A DNA stretch of 62,112 nucleotides, counting the filler, from a bacterium (GTDB taxonomy: Bacteria > JBDRGX01): the NCBI GenBank assembly GCA_043817485.1. It is 7 parts of 7 records of this genome, joined end to end, with 100 filler letters (N's around TTAATTAATTAA, not from the genome) between each part and the next. Parts side by side here need not be neighbours in the genome. Positions count along the whole stretch, not along the records: positions 2,620 to 17,040 come from JBDRGX010000124.1; positions 17,141 to 31,363 come from JBDRGX010000125.1; 5 more parts are not named here. The stretch is one strand, 5' to 3'. Numbering within the stretch: position 1 is the stretch's first letter; every line of letters begins with the position of its first letter. Below, piece by piece: positions 9,829 to 20,419 of the stretch. The notes under the pieces were generated by a model. The model was not told the DNA's origin. It ran no database searches and saw nothing but the letters and a program-made list of their open reading frames with translations. The translations under genes were made by a program, and so were the position numbers.

Positions 9829-10642
9829 TTAATATTTTGCTATAAAATTTTTTAATAATTTTGAAAGTTTAGGTTCAGTTTCTTTAGATACTTTTACCAC
9901 TTCTTGAAAATTAAGTGGTTTTAAATTATCTGGTAGACAAATATCTGTAATACAAGAAATTCCTAATACATTTAATCCAATATGTTTAGCAGCAATTACT
10001 TCAGGAACTGTTGACATTCCAACTGCATCTGCTCCAATTAAACGCAAAAATCTATATTCAGCTGCTGTTTCCAAATTAGGACCAGTAACTCCGATATAAA
10101 CTCCTTTTTGAATTTTTATTTTTTCATCTAAAGCTACTTTTTCTATTAAAGTAATTAAATCTTTATTATAAGTATTAAACATATCTGGAAAACGAACACC
10201 TATTTCTTCATCATTAGTACCAATAAGAGGATTTATCCCCATAAAATTTATATGATCTGTAATTACCATTAAATCACCTAAGGAAAACAACGGGTTTAAT
10301 CCACCAGCAGCATTAGAAACAATTAGCGTTTTTACACCCAGGGATTTCATTACATAAATAGGAAAAACTATATCTTTTACACAATAACCTTCATAATAAT
10401 GAAATCTTCCTTGCATAGCAATTACATTTTTATTTTCTATTTTTCCAAAAACTAATTGATTTTGATGAGTTTCTACAGTAGAAGTCAAAAAATATGGAAT
10501 ATCTTTATAAGAAAGCGTTTTTTTTTTCTTTTATTTCATCAGCCAATGATCCTAATCCAGTACCTAAAATAATAGCAATTTCTGGTTTTATATCAATTTG
10601 ATTTATAATATATTCATAAGATTTTTTAATTTTTTCTTTCAT
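9829..10642 (-). pseudogene. punA: Purine nucleoside phosphorylase I with N-terminal frameshifts (possibly sequencing errors)
   Basis: MQGRFHYYEG, NAAGG, GADAVGMSTVPE; upstream KPEIAIILGTGLGSLAD in another frame, shift at T10 run 10518-10527 and a second near 10605-10615. Confidence 0.8.
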
Positions 10643-10653
10643 TATAATCCTTT

Positions 10654-10890
10654 TGTTCCCAAAAAACGAAATATTGGTAGAATCGATTGAAAATTAATAT
10701 ATCATGCCTACGGCATTTGTTATTATGTGAAAATAATTTTTTTTACCGATTATTGTCCCGATGGGACATTTATGGAATAATAATTATTGATAAAGAACAT
10801 AAACTAATTCATTCCGTAGAAACGAGATATTGGTAAAAACGAAACAAATTTGAATGACCAAAATACAAATGTTCAAAACAAAATTCAATT
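10654..10890. repeat. Cluster of degenerate REP-like palindromes plus a heptamer-type dispersed repeat
   Basis: ATGCCTACGGCAT, TGTCCCGATGGGACA, two copies of ..GA(A/G)ATATTGGTA(G/A)AA, then CGAAACAAATTTGAATGACCAAAATACAAATGTTC shared with ~15510, ~48650 and ~54105. Confidence 0.6.
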
Positions 10891-11226
10891 TTATTATTTT
10901 TTTTTAATATCCCATAGGGATATAATATTGGTAAAAAAATATTTATCAAAAAAAACAAAAAGTCAAGAAATTTTTTAAAATTGATATTACTAAATAAAAA
11001 TAACATTTACTTGACAATGATACTTACACTTATAATTAAATATTTGTATAAAATTAAAAAAGCAAAAAAATAAGAAATATTGCTCAGAAAAAATTTTAAA
11101 TTATTTATAAAAAATATAGATAAAGTTAAAAAAGGAATTCTAAAAAAAACAAAAAAAAGTATTTAACTTTTCGATAAGATTTTCTAATATTGATAATAAA
11201 ATCTAAAAAGGAAGGAAAAATAGTAG

Positions 11227-12093
11227 ATGAAAAAATCAAAATTATTCATAACGATTTTAATAGGAGGGAGTTTCCTCTTTTGTATTTTTAGTATAATAGG
11301 ATGTCAAGAGAAGATAGTCCTTAAAAATGGAAATAATAACAAATATTTATCTATAGAAAAAATAAAGAATGAAGGCAAAATTGAGCAGGCATATAAATTA
11401 GACCCCAAAAATCCTGAAATTTTACTCGAGTTAGGAAAAGTCTATAATATGAATGGCGATAAAATACTCCATTATAATGATGAGGCTACTAAAGAAGGGA
11501 GGAAAGGGAAAAAATATAAAGATGATGCACAGCGAATTTTTAAAGAGATAATGAAAAACTCACCAGAATTTGCAGATAATGCACAATATTATTTGGGAGC
11601 ATCTTATTGTGATTCTCAAACAGTATATGATAATAATTACCATCAGGCTATTCAAGAATTTATGGCATTAATACAGGTATATCCTAAGAGTAAATTTTGT
11701 CCAAAGGCGCAATATGGAATAGGGAAGTGTTTTGAAAACCTTAAAAATTATGAAAATGCTATTGAGGAATATAAAAAAGTAATAGAAAAATATCCACAGA
11801 GTGAGGAAAAAATATTGGCTTATCGTTCTATAGGATGGTGCTATGTATGGATAAAAAATTATAAAAATGCACTTACCTATCTTCAAGAGATTGTTGACAA
11901 TTTCCCTAAAACCGAGCATGCAAGATCCGCTCTATTAGATATAGCAGAGATTTATAAAAATAATTTCAAAAATTATAATAAAGCAATAGAGGTATATAGG
12001 GAATATTTACATGATTATGCCAAAACAACAATAGAAGTTGAAACTTATCAAGAAGAAATCAATACACTAAAAGCAAAACTTAAAAATGAATAG
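11227..12093 (+). CDS. TPR-repeat lipoprotein (BamD/CpoB-like repeats)
   Basis: Lipobox-like IIGC; repeated AQYYLG/AQYGIG...YP.S TPR units. Confidence 0.75.
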   Translation: MKKSKLFITILIGGSFLFCIFSIIGCQEKIVLKNGNNNKYLSIEKIKNEGKIEQAYKLDPKNPEILLELGKVYNMNGDKILHYNDEATKEGRKGKKYKDDAQRIFKEIMKNSPEFADNAQYYLGASYCDSQTVYDNNYHQAIQEFMALIQVYPKSKFCPKAQYGIGKCFENLKNYENAIEEYKKVIEKYPQSEEKILAYRSIGWCYVWIKNYKNALTYLQEIVDNFPKTEHARSALLDIAEIYKNNFKNYNKAIEVYREYLHDYAKTTIEVETYQEEINTLKAKLKNE

Positions 12094-12197
12094 TGTTTTT
12101 AAAACCATATTTTTAAAAATTAAGAAAAAAATATTGACTTATTATAAAATTAAAAATAAAAGTTAAAATTAAATTTTAAAAACAAGAGAGGTTTTTT

Positions 12198-12485
12198 TTG
12201 TTTGGGATAAGTGGTGGAGAATTACTTGTTATTTTATTTTTAGGGTTACTTCTTTTTGGTCCTCAAAAAATACCTCAAATAGCTAAAATTGTTGCTAAAA
12301 TACTTAATGATTTAAAAAAATCTACTGATCAAATTAAAAAAGACATTATGGAAAATGAACATTTAAAACAAATTCAAAATAATACTTATGATATAAAAAA
12401 TCAAATAGAAAAAAGTATTTACAAAGAAGAAAAAGAACCATTTATAAATGAAAAAGAATATTTAAAACCAAAAGGAGAAAAATTT
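12198..12485 (+). CDS. Twin-arginine translocase TatA/TatB subunit, open in frame into tpiA
   Basis: MFGISGGELLVILFLGLLLFGPQKIP; no stop before tpiA ATG. Confidence 0.8.
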
Positions 12486-13250
12486 ATGAGAAAAAAAATA
12501 ATAATTGGAAATTGGAAAATGAATAAAAATATAGAAGAATCTTTGAAATTAGTAGAAGAATTAAATCAAGAATTAAAAAATGAAAATGAAATAGATATAG
12601 TAATTTGTCCTCCTTTTACATCTCTTTTAGAAGTAAAGAAAAAATTAGAAAATAGCTTTATTGAATTAGGAGCACAAAATCTTTTTTGGGAAGAAACTGG
12701 AGCTTATACTGGAGAAATTTCTCCAGTAATGTTAAAAGACATTGGTTGTAAATATGTTATTATTGGACATTCAGAAAGAAGAATGTATTTTAATGAAACT
12801 AATGAAATGGTAAATAAAAAAATTAAAGCAGCATTAAAAAAAGATATTATTCCTATTATGTGTGTAGGTGAAAATTTAGAACAAAGAAAAAATAACGAAA
12901 CTTTTTTTGTAATAGAAAAACAACTTGAACAAGGACTTTTAGGCATAGAATTAGAAGATCTGGAAAAAATAATTATTGCTTATGAACCTATTTGGGCAAT
13001 TGGTACTGGAGTAGTAGCAACAATAGAACAAGCCCAAGAAGTTCATTCATTTATTAGAGAAAAATTATCTAAAATAGCTAATTCTTTTATTGCAGAAATA
13101 ATAAGAATTCAATATGGAGGAAGTGTAACTCCAGAAAATATACAAAATTTAATTACTCAAAAAGATATTGATGGAGCATTAGTTGGTGGAGCAAGTTTAA
13201 AATCCACATCTTTTATTTCCATTATTAAAAATACTAAAACAACTTTTTAA
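12486..13250 (+). CDS. tpiA: Triosephosphate isomerase
   Basis: GNWKMN, GAYTGE, IIGHSERR, AYEPIWAIGTG, YGGSV, LVGGASL; own RBS AAGGAG before ATG 12486. Confidence 0.96.
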   Translation: MRKKIIIGNWKMNKNIEESLKLVEELNQELKNENEIDIVICPPFTSLLEVKKKLENSFIELGAQNLFWEETGAYTGEISPVMLKDIGCKYVIIGHSERRMYFNETNEMVNKKIKAALKKDIIPIMCVGENLEQRKNNETFFVIEKQLEQGLLGIELEDLEKIIIAYEPIWAIGTGVVATIEQAQEVHSFIREKLSKIANSFIAEIIRIQYGGSVTPENIQNLITQKDIDGALVGGASLKSTSFISIIKNTKTTF

Positions 13251-13279
13251 AAAATTAAATAATAAGAAAGGAGAATATT

Positions 13280-13474
13280 ATGCCATTACCAAAACGGAAA
13301 CATTCTAAATCAAGAGGTAGAAAAAGAAGAACTCATTATAAACTTTCACCTATATTTCTTGATAAATGTCCTAAATGTGAAGCTGCTAAACTTGCTCATA
13401 GAGTATGTTTAACATGTGGTTTTTACAATGATAAACCAGTGCTTCAAATAAAAACAAAAAAAGAGAAACAATGA
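13280..13474 (+). CDS. rpmF: 50S ribosomal protein L32
   Basis: MPLPKRKHSKSR, CPKC..HRVCLTCGFY. Confidence 0.96.
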   Translation: MPLPKRKHSKSRGRKRRTHYKLSPIFLDKCPKCEAAKLAHRVCLTCGFYNDKPVLQIKTKKEKQ

Positions 13475-14454
13475 AAATAGCAATTGATGTAATGGGAGGA
13501 GATTATGCTCCAAGTTCTGTATTAAACGGAATTTTACAATTAGATTCTTCATTTAAAGATAAAGTAATTTTAGTCGGAGATGAAGTAAAAATAAAAGATA
13601 TTTTGGGAAATAAAAGTACTTCATTTGAAATCATAGACACAAAAGAATTTATTGATATGCATGAATCTCCAACCATAAGTCTGCGAAATAAAAAACAATC
13701 TTCTATTATTATTTGTAATCAATTAGTAAAAAATGGAAAAGCAGATGCTGTAATTAGTGCTGGAAATACTGGTACTTGCATGGCAAGTTCTTATTTAGAA
13801 TTAGGTGTTTTGCCTGGTATTCATAGACCAGTACTTGCTTCTATTTTACCAACTAATAAAAATAATGTTATTCTTTTAGATGTAGGTGCTAATGTTGATA
13901 CAAAATCAAGACATTTATTTCAATTTGCTATTATGGGATATGTTTATGCTAAATATGTTTTAGGAAAAAAAGAACCTAAAATTGGTTTATTAAATATTGG
14001 GGAGGAACCAAATAAAGGAAATAATTTATCTATTCTTACTTATAACTTATTAAAAAATTCTCAACTCCCTTTTATAGGAAATATAGAAGGTCGGGATATT
14101 TTAAAAGGAAAAGTAGATATAATAGTATGTGATGGATTTATTGGAAACATAATTTTAAAATTCACTGAGGGTGTTGTAGAAGTGTTATCTTCTTTATTTA
14201 AAGAAACAATTTCAAAAGGTTTCTTATCTAAATTAGGATTTCTTTTATTATCTAAAAATCTTCGTAATCTTAAGAAAAAATTAGATTATTCTGAATATGG
14301 TGGAGTTCCTTTATTAGGAGTTAATGGAGTTTCCATTATTTCTCATGGATCTTCTTCTCCTAAAGCAATTAAAAATGCTATTATGGTAGCTGAAAAATTT
14401 GTTAATTACAAAATTAATCAACATATTACTGAGGAAATTAAAAAATATGAATAA
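13471..14454 (+). CDS. plsX: Phosphate acyltransferase
   Basis: IAIDVMGGDYAP, SAGNTG, LDVGAN, CDGFIGN, HGSS; rpmF-plsX-fabH order. Confidence 0.96.
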   Translation: MKIAIDVMGGDYAPSSVLNGILQLDSSFKDKVILVGDEVKIKDILGNKSTSFEIIDTKEFIDMHESPTISLRNKKQSSIIICNQLVKNGKADAVISAGNTGTCMASSYLELGVLPGIHRPVLASILPTNKNNVILLDVGANVDTKSRHLFQFAIMGYVYAKYVLGKKEPKIGLLNIGEEPNKGNNLSILTYNLLKNSQLPFIGNIEGRDILKGKVDIIVCDGFIGNIILKFTEGVVEVLSSLFKETISKGFLSKLGFLLLSKNLRNLKKKLDYSEYGGVPLLGVNGVSIISHGSSSPKAIKNAIMVAEKFVNYKINQHITEEIKKYE

Positions 14455-15424
14455 TGTAGGAATTATTGGTATAGGTCATTATGTTCCAGAAAAAATTTTA
14501 ACTAATAATGATTTAGAAAAAATCGTAAATACTACTAATGAATGGATTATGACAAGAACTGGAATTTCAGAAAGAAGAATTGCAGAAGAAAACATACCTA
14601 CTTCGTATCTTGCTACAAAAGCTGCAAACGAAGCTATTCAAAATGCAAATATAAAATCGGAAGAAATAGATCTTATTATTGTTGCTACAATTACTCCCGA
14701 TATGACCTTTCCATCAACTGCTTGTATAGTACAAGCACAAATAGGTGCTTTTAATGCTGCTTGTTTTGATTTACAAGCTGCTTGTTCTGGATTTGTTTTT
14801 GCTTTACATACTGCTGAACAATTTATAGCTAATGGAGTTTATAAAAATATTTTAGTAATTGCTGCAGACAAAATGTCTTCTATTGTTGATTGGCAAGATA
14901 GAAATACTTGTGTTTTATTTGGAGATGGTGCTTGTGCTTGTATTCTTTCGCAAAGTTCATCAAAAAAAATCTTAAAATCTTATTGGAAATCAGATGGAAG
15001 ATTTAAAGACATTGTTTATTTACCAGGAGGTGGTTCTCAAATTCCTCCAAGTCATAAAATGATTGAAGAAAAATTACAATTCATAAAAATGGATGGTAAA
15101 ATACTTTTCAAACATGCTGTTACAAAAATAGAGGAAAGCATTAAAAAAGTAATTTCATTATGCAATCTTTCAATAGATGACATTAGTTTAATTATTCCAC
15201 ATCAAGCAAATATTAGAATAATTGAAGCAATTTATGAAAGATTAAAAGTTCCTAAAGAAAAAGTATTTATTAATTTACATAAATATGGTAATTTAAGTGC
15301 TGCTTCTGTAGGTGTTTGTTTAAGCGAAATATCAAAACAAAATACTTTGAAATCTGGAGATAAAATACTTTTAACTACTGTTGGTGCTGGTTTATCTTGG
15401 GCAAGTATGATAATTGAATGGTAA
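14447..15424 (+). CDS. fabH: Beta-ketoacyl-ACP synthase III
   Basis: TGISERR, AACSGF, FGDGA, HQAN, YGN; ATG 14447 preferred. Confidence 0.96.
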   Translation: MNNVGIIGIGHYVPEKILTNNDLEKIVNTTNEWIMTRTGISERRIAEENIPTSYLATKAANEAIQNANIKSEEIDLIIVATITPDMTFPSTACIVQAQIGAFNAACFDLQAACSGFVFALHTAEQFIANGVYKNILVIAADKMSSIVDWQDRNTCVLFGDGACACILSQSSSKKILKSYWKSDGRFKDIVYLPGGGSQIPPSHKMIEEKLQFIKMDGKILFKHAVTKIEESIKKVISLCNLSIDDISLIIPHQANIRIIEAIYERLKVPKEKVFINLHKYGNLSAASVGVCLSEISKQNTLKSGDKILLTTVGAGLSWASMIIEW

Positions 15425-15456
15425 ATCAAATTATTTATAGCATAATTAATTATTTA

Positions 15457-15702
15457 TACGAAGTTACAATTAAAAAGATAGTAATAAAAAAAATCCGAAT
15501 ATCGAAATTCGAAACAAATATGAATGACAAAAATACGAAACCCAAAACAAATTTTCAATTTTCAATTTAAAATAAATGCAAATGTTTCTACTAATATAAA
15601 TAAAAAAACAAAGATAATTCGTTCCATAGAAATGAGATATTGGTAAAAACAAATATCGAATTTGGTAATTTGCAACATTTTATTTTTGATTGCAACTTGA
15701 TA
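15457..15702. mobile_element. MITE, family A (imperfect 18-bp TIRs, heptamer-repeat and REP-like cargo)
   Basis: TACGAAGTTACAATTAAA ... TTTGATTGCAACTTGATA (14/18 inverted match); internal blocks shared with 54045-54204 and 48541-48707. Confidence 0.65.
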
Positions 15703-15768
15703 TGAATTGTTATCTTTACAAAAATAAAAAAAATTAAAATTATTTAATAAAATCAAAATGGAGGTTTT

Positions 15769-16545
15769 ATGAAAATAGATGATATTATAGTTTCTAAAAG
15801 TATAATAGAAAGTTGGAGTAATTATTTTGTTGATTCTCTTGAATTAGATGTAGCTATTGTTGGAGGTGGACCTGCTGGTCTTACAGCTGGTTATTATTTA
15901 GCAAAAAAAGGATTCAAGGTAGGATTGTATGAAAAAAATTTATCTATTGGCGGTGGTATGTGGGGTGGAGGAATGATGTTTAACAAATGTGTGTTTCAAG
16001 ATGAATCAAAATCTATTCTTGACGAATTTGGAATAAAAACACAGGAATATGAAAAAGGATATTTTATTACAGATTCTATTGAAACAGTTACTACATTATG
16101 TTCTAAAGCTGTACAAGCTGGGTTAAGAGTATTTAATCTTATTTCTGTAGAAGATGTAATGATTCGTGAACAAGCAATTACTGGTTTAGTATTATCATGG
16201 AGTGCAGTTGAAATAGCCAAATTACATGTGGATCCACTTACTATTCGGGCAAAATTTGTAATTGATACTACTGGACATGCTGCTCATGTAGCCAATATAA
16301 TCATAAAAAGAATAGGAAAAAAACTTTTTACAGAAACTGGAAACTTAATAGGTGAAGGTTCAATGTGGGCAGAAGTTGGAGAACAAACTATTGTTCAAAA
16401 TACTAAAGAAATATTTCCTAATGTTTATGTGGCTGGAATGGCTTGCAATGCAGTTTTTGGAGGTCCAAGAATGGGGCCAATCTTTGGTGGAATGCTATTA
16501 TCTGGAAAAAAAATTGCTGAAATATTAATAGAAAAATTAAAATAA
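15769..16545 (+). CDS. thi4: Sulfide-dependent thiazole synthase (Thi4 family)
   Basis: [20 protein letters not shown] (His, non-suicide type), [15 protein letters not shown]. Confidence 0.93.
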   Translation: MKIDDIIVSKSIIESWSNYFVDSLELDVAIVGGGPAGLTAGYYLAKKGFKVGLYEKNLSIGGGMWGGGMMFNKCVFQDESKSILDEFGIKTQEYEKGYFITDSIETVTTLCSKAVQAGLRVFNLISVEDVMIREQAITGLVLSWSAVEIAKLHVDPLTIRAKFVIDTTGHAAHVANIIIKRIGKKLFTETGNLIGEGSMWAEVGEQTIVQNTKEIFPNVYVAGMACNAVFGGPRMGPIFGGMLLSGKKIAEILIEKLK

Positions 16546-17040
16546 ACTAAATTCAGATTACTTACAAACTGTGTTACAATTGACAATAAAAATGTTTTTT
16601 GAAAACAGAATAAAACAAAAATCAAAATTATTTTGAAGATAATTTTAAAATTGTTACAAATTTATTATTTTTTAGCAATTTATTTTTCATCAGTATTTTA
16701 ATAAAACAAAATTATGTAATTGCAATATAATCTGTCAATTATAAAAAATGAACTTGTTGCTCAATAAGTCTTTTAACATAATTTTAGTTTGCCAAATTAA
16801 TTTTTTCAGTATATTTACATACAATGAAAAAAGAAATAAAAAAATCAGAAGAAAAAAAGAAAGAACCAGAAGAAACAAGAGAATAATTAAATAGAAATGA
16901 GGTATTGTCAAAAATAATATGAAAGAATATGATAAAAAAAACAGGAAATTTATTTAATTTTTCAGGAGATTTTTTTAAAAAATAAACAAAATTTAATATT
17001 TTCATATTTAGTAAAATTAACAATTTTAAAATAGAAATTT

Positions 17041-17140
17041 NNNNNNNNNNNNNNNNNNNNNNNNNNNNNNNNNNNNNNNNNNNNTTAATTAATTAANNNN
17101 NNNNNNNNNNNNNNNNNNNNNNNNNNNNNNNNNNNNNNNN
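17041..17140. other. Artificial contig linker
   Basis: N-TTAATTAATTAA-N. Confidence 0.98.
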
Positions 17141-17141
17141 T

Positions 17142-17507
17142 ATTTTTTCTTTATTATTATGTGGATTTTGTATAGGAATTTTACAAGGACTAATGGGTGT
17201 TGGTGGTGGCTTTATATTAGTTCCTATTCTAATATATATATTTCATATACCTGCAGCAATTGTTATAGGAACAAGTTTATTTATTATCTGTCCATCAAGT
17301 GCTTTTGGTTCAATAAGTCATATTCTTAAAGGTAATGTTAATTTTATCTTGGTTTTATTAATTCTTTCTGGCTCTATTTTAGGAAGTTTTATTGGCTCTC
17401 AATTAACAGAAAAAATAAGAGGCAAAAAAATTCGTTTCTATTTTATATTTATAATTTTAGTTGGGATAATTATGGTACTTATAAAAATGTTATCTCAATT
17501 AAAATAG
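17142..17507 (+). CDS. TauE/SafE sulfite-exporter family protein, C-terminal part (5' cut by contig end)
   Basis: GLMGVGGGFILVP, GTSL, GSFIGS. Confidence 0.85.
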   Translation: MFSLLLCGFCIGILQGLMGVGGGFILVPILIYIFHIPAAIVIGTSLFIICPSSAFGSISHILKGNVNFILVLLILSGSILGSFIGSQLTEKIRGKKIRFYFIFIILVGIIMVLIKMLSQLK

Positions 17508-17575
17508 TAATATTATATTTTAAAATTGAAATAGTTTGTTGCTTATTATTCGTAAAAAGTTGAAGGAGAAAAAAT

Positions 17576-19060
17576 ATGCCAAATAAAAATGTTATTTTAA
17601 TAACATCTGACCAATTTCGTTGGGATGTTCTTGGTTGTTGTGGGAATAAAGCTATTAAGACTCCTAATTTTGATAAATTAGCAAAACAAGGAGTTATTTT
17701 TACAAATGCTATGAGTTCAAACCCTATTTGTGTTCCTGCAAGAGCAACTATTACAACTGGAAATCATTCTCATAAATGTACTGGGTTTAAATCAAATAGT
17801 GGGAGAATTAAGGATGACCAGATAAAAATAGCAGAATATTTCAATAAATTTGGTTATGAAACATATGCTATGGGGAAACTTCATTATGTGCCTTATTTAA
17901 AAAATCGTTTAGTACATGGTTTTAAAAACTGGTAAATGACAGAATCAGGAAGAATTTTATGGCAAGAGGAATTAACAGGTAAAGATTTAGGTGGAGAAGA
18001 TTATCATTCTTACCTTAAAAAAGTGGGTTTTGAAAATATGGCTCGAGCACATGGAATTGGTAATAATGATGTAAGAGCCACTATATCTCCTGTTCCATTT
18101 GAACATTATGTTGATGTATGGATAATGAACAGGTCTTTATTTTATCTAAAAGAACATTTAAAAAGATATGCTAATAAACCATTCTTTATTTGGATATCTT
18201 TTCCAAAACCACATTCTCCTTATGACTCTCCAGAACCATACCATAAAATGTATAATCCTAAAGAAATTCCAGAACCTTTTGGTAGTATAGATAAACTTGA
18301 AAATAGAAATCCAGAACTTAAATTAAGACCTAATAAATATGGCTGGAATTTACTGTCAAAAGAAGCAATTCAATTATCTCGTGCTAGATACTATAGTTTA
18401 GTAAGTCTTCAGGATTATGTTATAGGAGAACTTCTTAAGTTTTTAAAAGAATATAATTTAAAAAATAATTCTTCTATACTTTTTACTGCTGACCATGGAG
18501 ATATGTTAGGCGATTTTGATCTTTTTTTTAAAGGATTATTACTTAATGGTTCTGTTCGTGTGCCTTTTATAATTTCTTCTCCTTTTTTGAAAAACAATGG
18601 AATTAAACTGGAGCATCTTGTAGGATTAGAAGATGTTTTACCAACCCTTTGTGAATTAGGTGATATTCCTATTCCAGAAAATATTGAAGGTAAAAGTGTA
18701 TTACCTACTATTATAGAATCTAAAAAGAATTTACGAGAAATTTATATTTCTCAATGTCAGGAAGAGCCAAATCAATTATATATGGCATTTGATGGTAAGT
18801 TTAAATATTGTTATGCAGAATGGCATGGAATTGAAGAATTGTATGATTTAAAAAATGATCCTAATGAATTACATAATTTATCCAAAGATAAAAGATATAG
18901 AAACAAACTTTCAGATTTTAAAGATGCTGTTATAGAATGGTGTAAGAAAAATAATGATTATAAAATGTTAAATGAAAAAGGAAAACTTAAAATTTCGGAT
19001 CCAAATTCAAATTTATTTATTAAAGAAACTGCAAAAGTAATGGGTTGGCGTAAATATTAA
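17576..19060 (+). pseudogene. Arylsulfatase-family hydrolase interrupted by one in-frame TAA (17933-17935)
   Basis: SDQFR, CVPARAT, GKLH in first ORF; KPHSPYD, TADHG, ELYDLKNDP in second; same frame. Confidence 0.8.
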
Positions 19061-19162
19061 TTTTAAAAAAAATATAATTAGAATCAGTAAAAAATGCTAA
19101 AGAAAAATGTGAAAAAATAATAAAGCCAAATTTATATTTATAAATTTTATTTTCAATAAATA

Positions 19163-19867
19163 TTAAAGGAGTTTTTTATTTGATATTGAAATTGATTTGT
19201 AAGAAATTATTTTATCTTTAATCGCTTCTATTAAATTAACTATATCCTTTTTATTTTTCACAGATGTTTTAAATATTTTAGCTTTTGGATTTATTTTTTC
19301 TATATTTTTCTCAACTTGCTTAATATTATATTTAAAATATGGAAGTAAATCTGTTTTGGTTATTAAAACCATATCACTATTATAAAATATGGGTGGATAT
19401 TTACTAACTTTATCATCACCTTCAGAAATAGAAGTTATGGAAATTCTTAAATTTTCCCCTAAATCAAATTCAGCTGGACAGACAAGATTTCCTATATTTT
19501 CAATAAACAATATATCTATATTGCTTTGTTTTAATGATTTAAAAGCTAATGAAATCATTCTGGAATTAAGATGACAAGCATTTCCAATATTGTCAGTATT
19601 TATCTGCACAACAGGAATTCCAATTTTTTTGATTCTACAAGCATCTTTATCAGTGGAAAGATCGCCTTCTATTACTGCTATTTTGAAAGTTTTTTTCATC
19701 AATTTTATAAGAGATTCAAGAATAGTTGTTTTTCCACAACCAGGTGATCCCATTATATTTATAACAAAAATATTTTTATCTTTGAACAATTTTCTATTTT
19801 TTTTAGCATCTTTTTCATTTACTTCTAATATATTTTTTGATAAAATAATTTTTTCCATTTGTATCAT
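19163..19867 (-). CDS. hypB: Hydrogenase nickel-insertion GTPase
   Basis: GSPGCGKTT, EGD, ACHL, ENIGNLVCPAEFDLGE, TKTDL. Confidence 0.95.
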   Translation of the reverse strand: MIQMEKIILSKNILEVNEKDAKKNRKLFKDKNIFVINIMGSPGCGKTTILESLIKLMKKTFKIAVIEGDLSTDKDACRIKKIGIPVVQINTDNIGNACHLNSRMISLAFKSLKQSNIDILFIENIGNLVCPAEFDLGENLRISITSISEGDDKVSKYPPIFYNSDMVLITKTDLLPYFKYNIKQVEKNIEKINPKAKIFKTSVKNKKDIVNLIEAIKDKIISYKSISISNKKLL

Positions 19868-19888
19868 ATTAATTCCTTTTTAATATTA

Positions 19889-19908
19889 TGCAGACCATAT
19901 AGTCTGCA
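19889..19908. other. Small hairpin between hypA and hypB
   Basis: TGCAGAC-catata-GTCTGCA. Confidence 0.35.
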
Positions 19909-19910
19909 AT

Positions 19911-20261
19911 TTAATTGTATTCTACACTATCTATAAGAAGTTCATTTCCACATAATAAATTCAAATTTGTACTTCCGCATTTTTTACACAAAAAGTGTAT
20001 GTTAAAAGTATTATTAAAAGTTATATTATTTTTACATTCATTGCATTTCATTTTAACAGGAATAATTTTTATTATTAATTTTGTATTTTCATACTTAGTT
20101 TTTTTTGATAAAATTTCAAACGCAAAATTTAAAGATTCAGGCATAATTGTTTTTAAAATTCCTATTTTTAAATTTATTTTTTTTATTTCAGATATTTTTT
20201 CTTTTTTACATTTTTTATTTAGTATATTTATTAAGCTTTTAACTATTGAAAATTCATGCAA
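19911..20261 (-). CDS. hypA: Hydrogenase nickel chaperone
   Basis: MHE N-terminus, CNEC and CKKCGS, GNEL. Confidence 0.95.
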   Translation of the reverse strand: MHEFSIVKSLINILNKKCKKEKISEIKKINLKIGILKTIMPESLNFAFEILSKKTKYENTKLIIKIIPVKMKCNECKNNITFNNTFNIHFLCKKCGSTNLNLLCGNELLIDSVEYN

Positions 20262-20419
20262 ACTATTCTCCCTCTATATTAAATTTAGCCTTTTAAGTTA
20301 AAAGTATTTGTTTTCAGAATATTAACTAATTTTTTATTTTGAATTCTCACTTTTATGAAAACAAGGGATAGGACAATTACTTTTTTAAAAAAATTACACA
20401 AATTCTATTTTACAGAAGT

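Noticed and set aside
11011-11036. Perfect TTGACA and TATAAT as a sigma70 promoter
   Set aside because: Spacer is only 14 nt; such hexamers are common at this AT content.
15425-15768. TPP riboswitch upstream of thi4
   Set aside because: No CTGAGA/TGAACCTGA-type core seen; the space is filled by a MITE.
16546-17040. Short ORFs including MKKEIKKSEEKKKEPEETRE
   Set aside because: Low complexity, no RBS or family motif, near a contig end.
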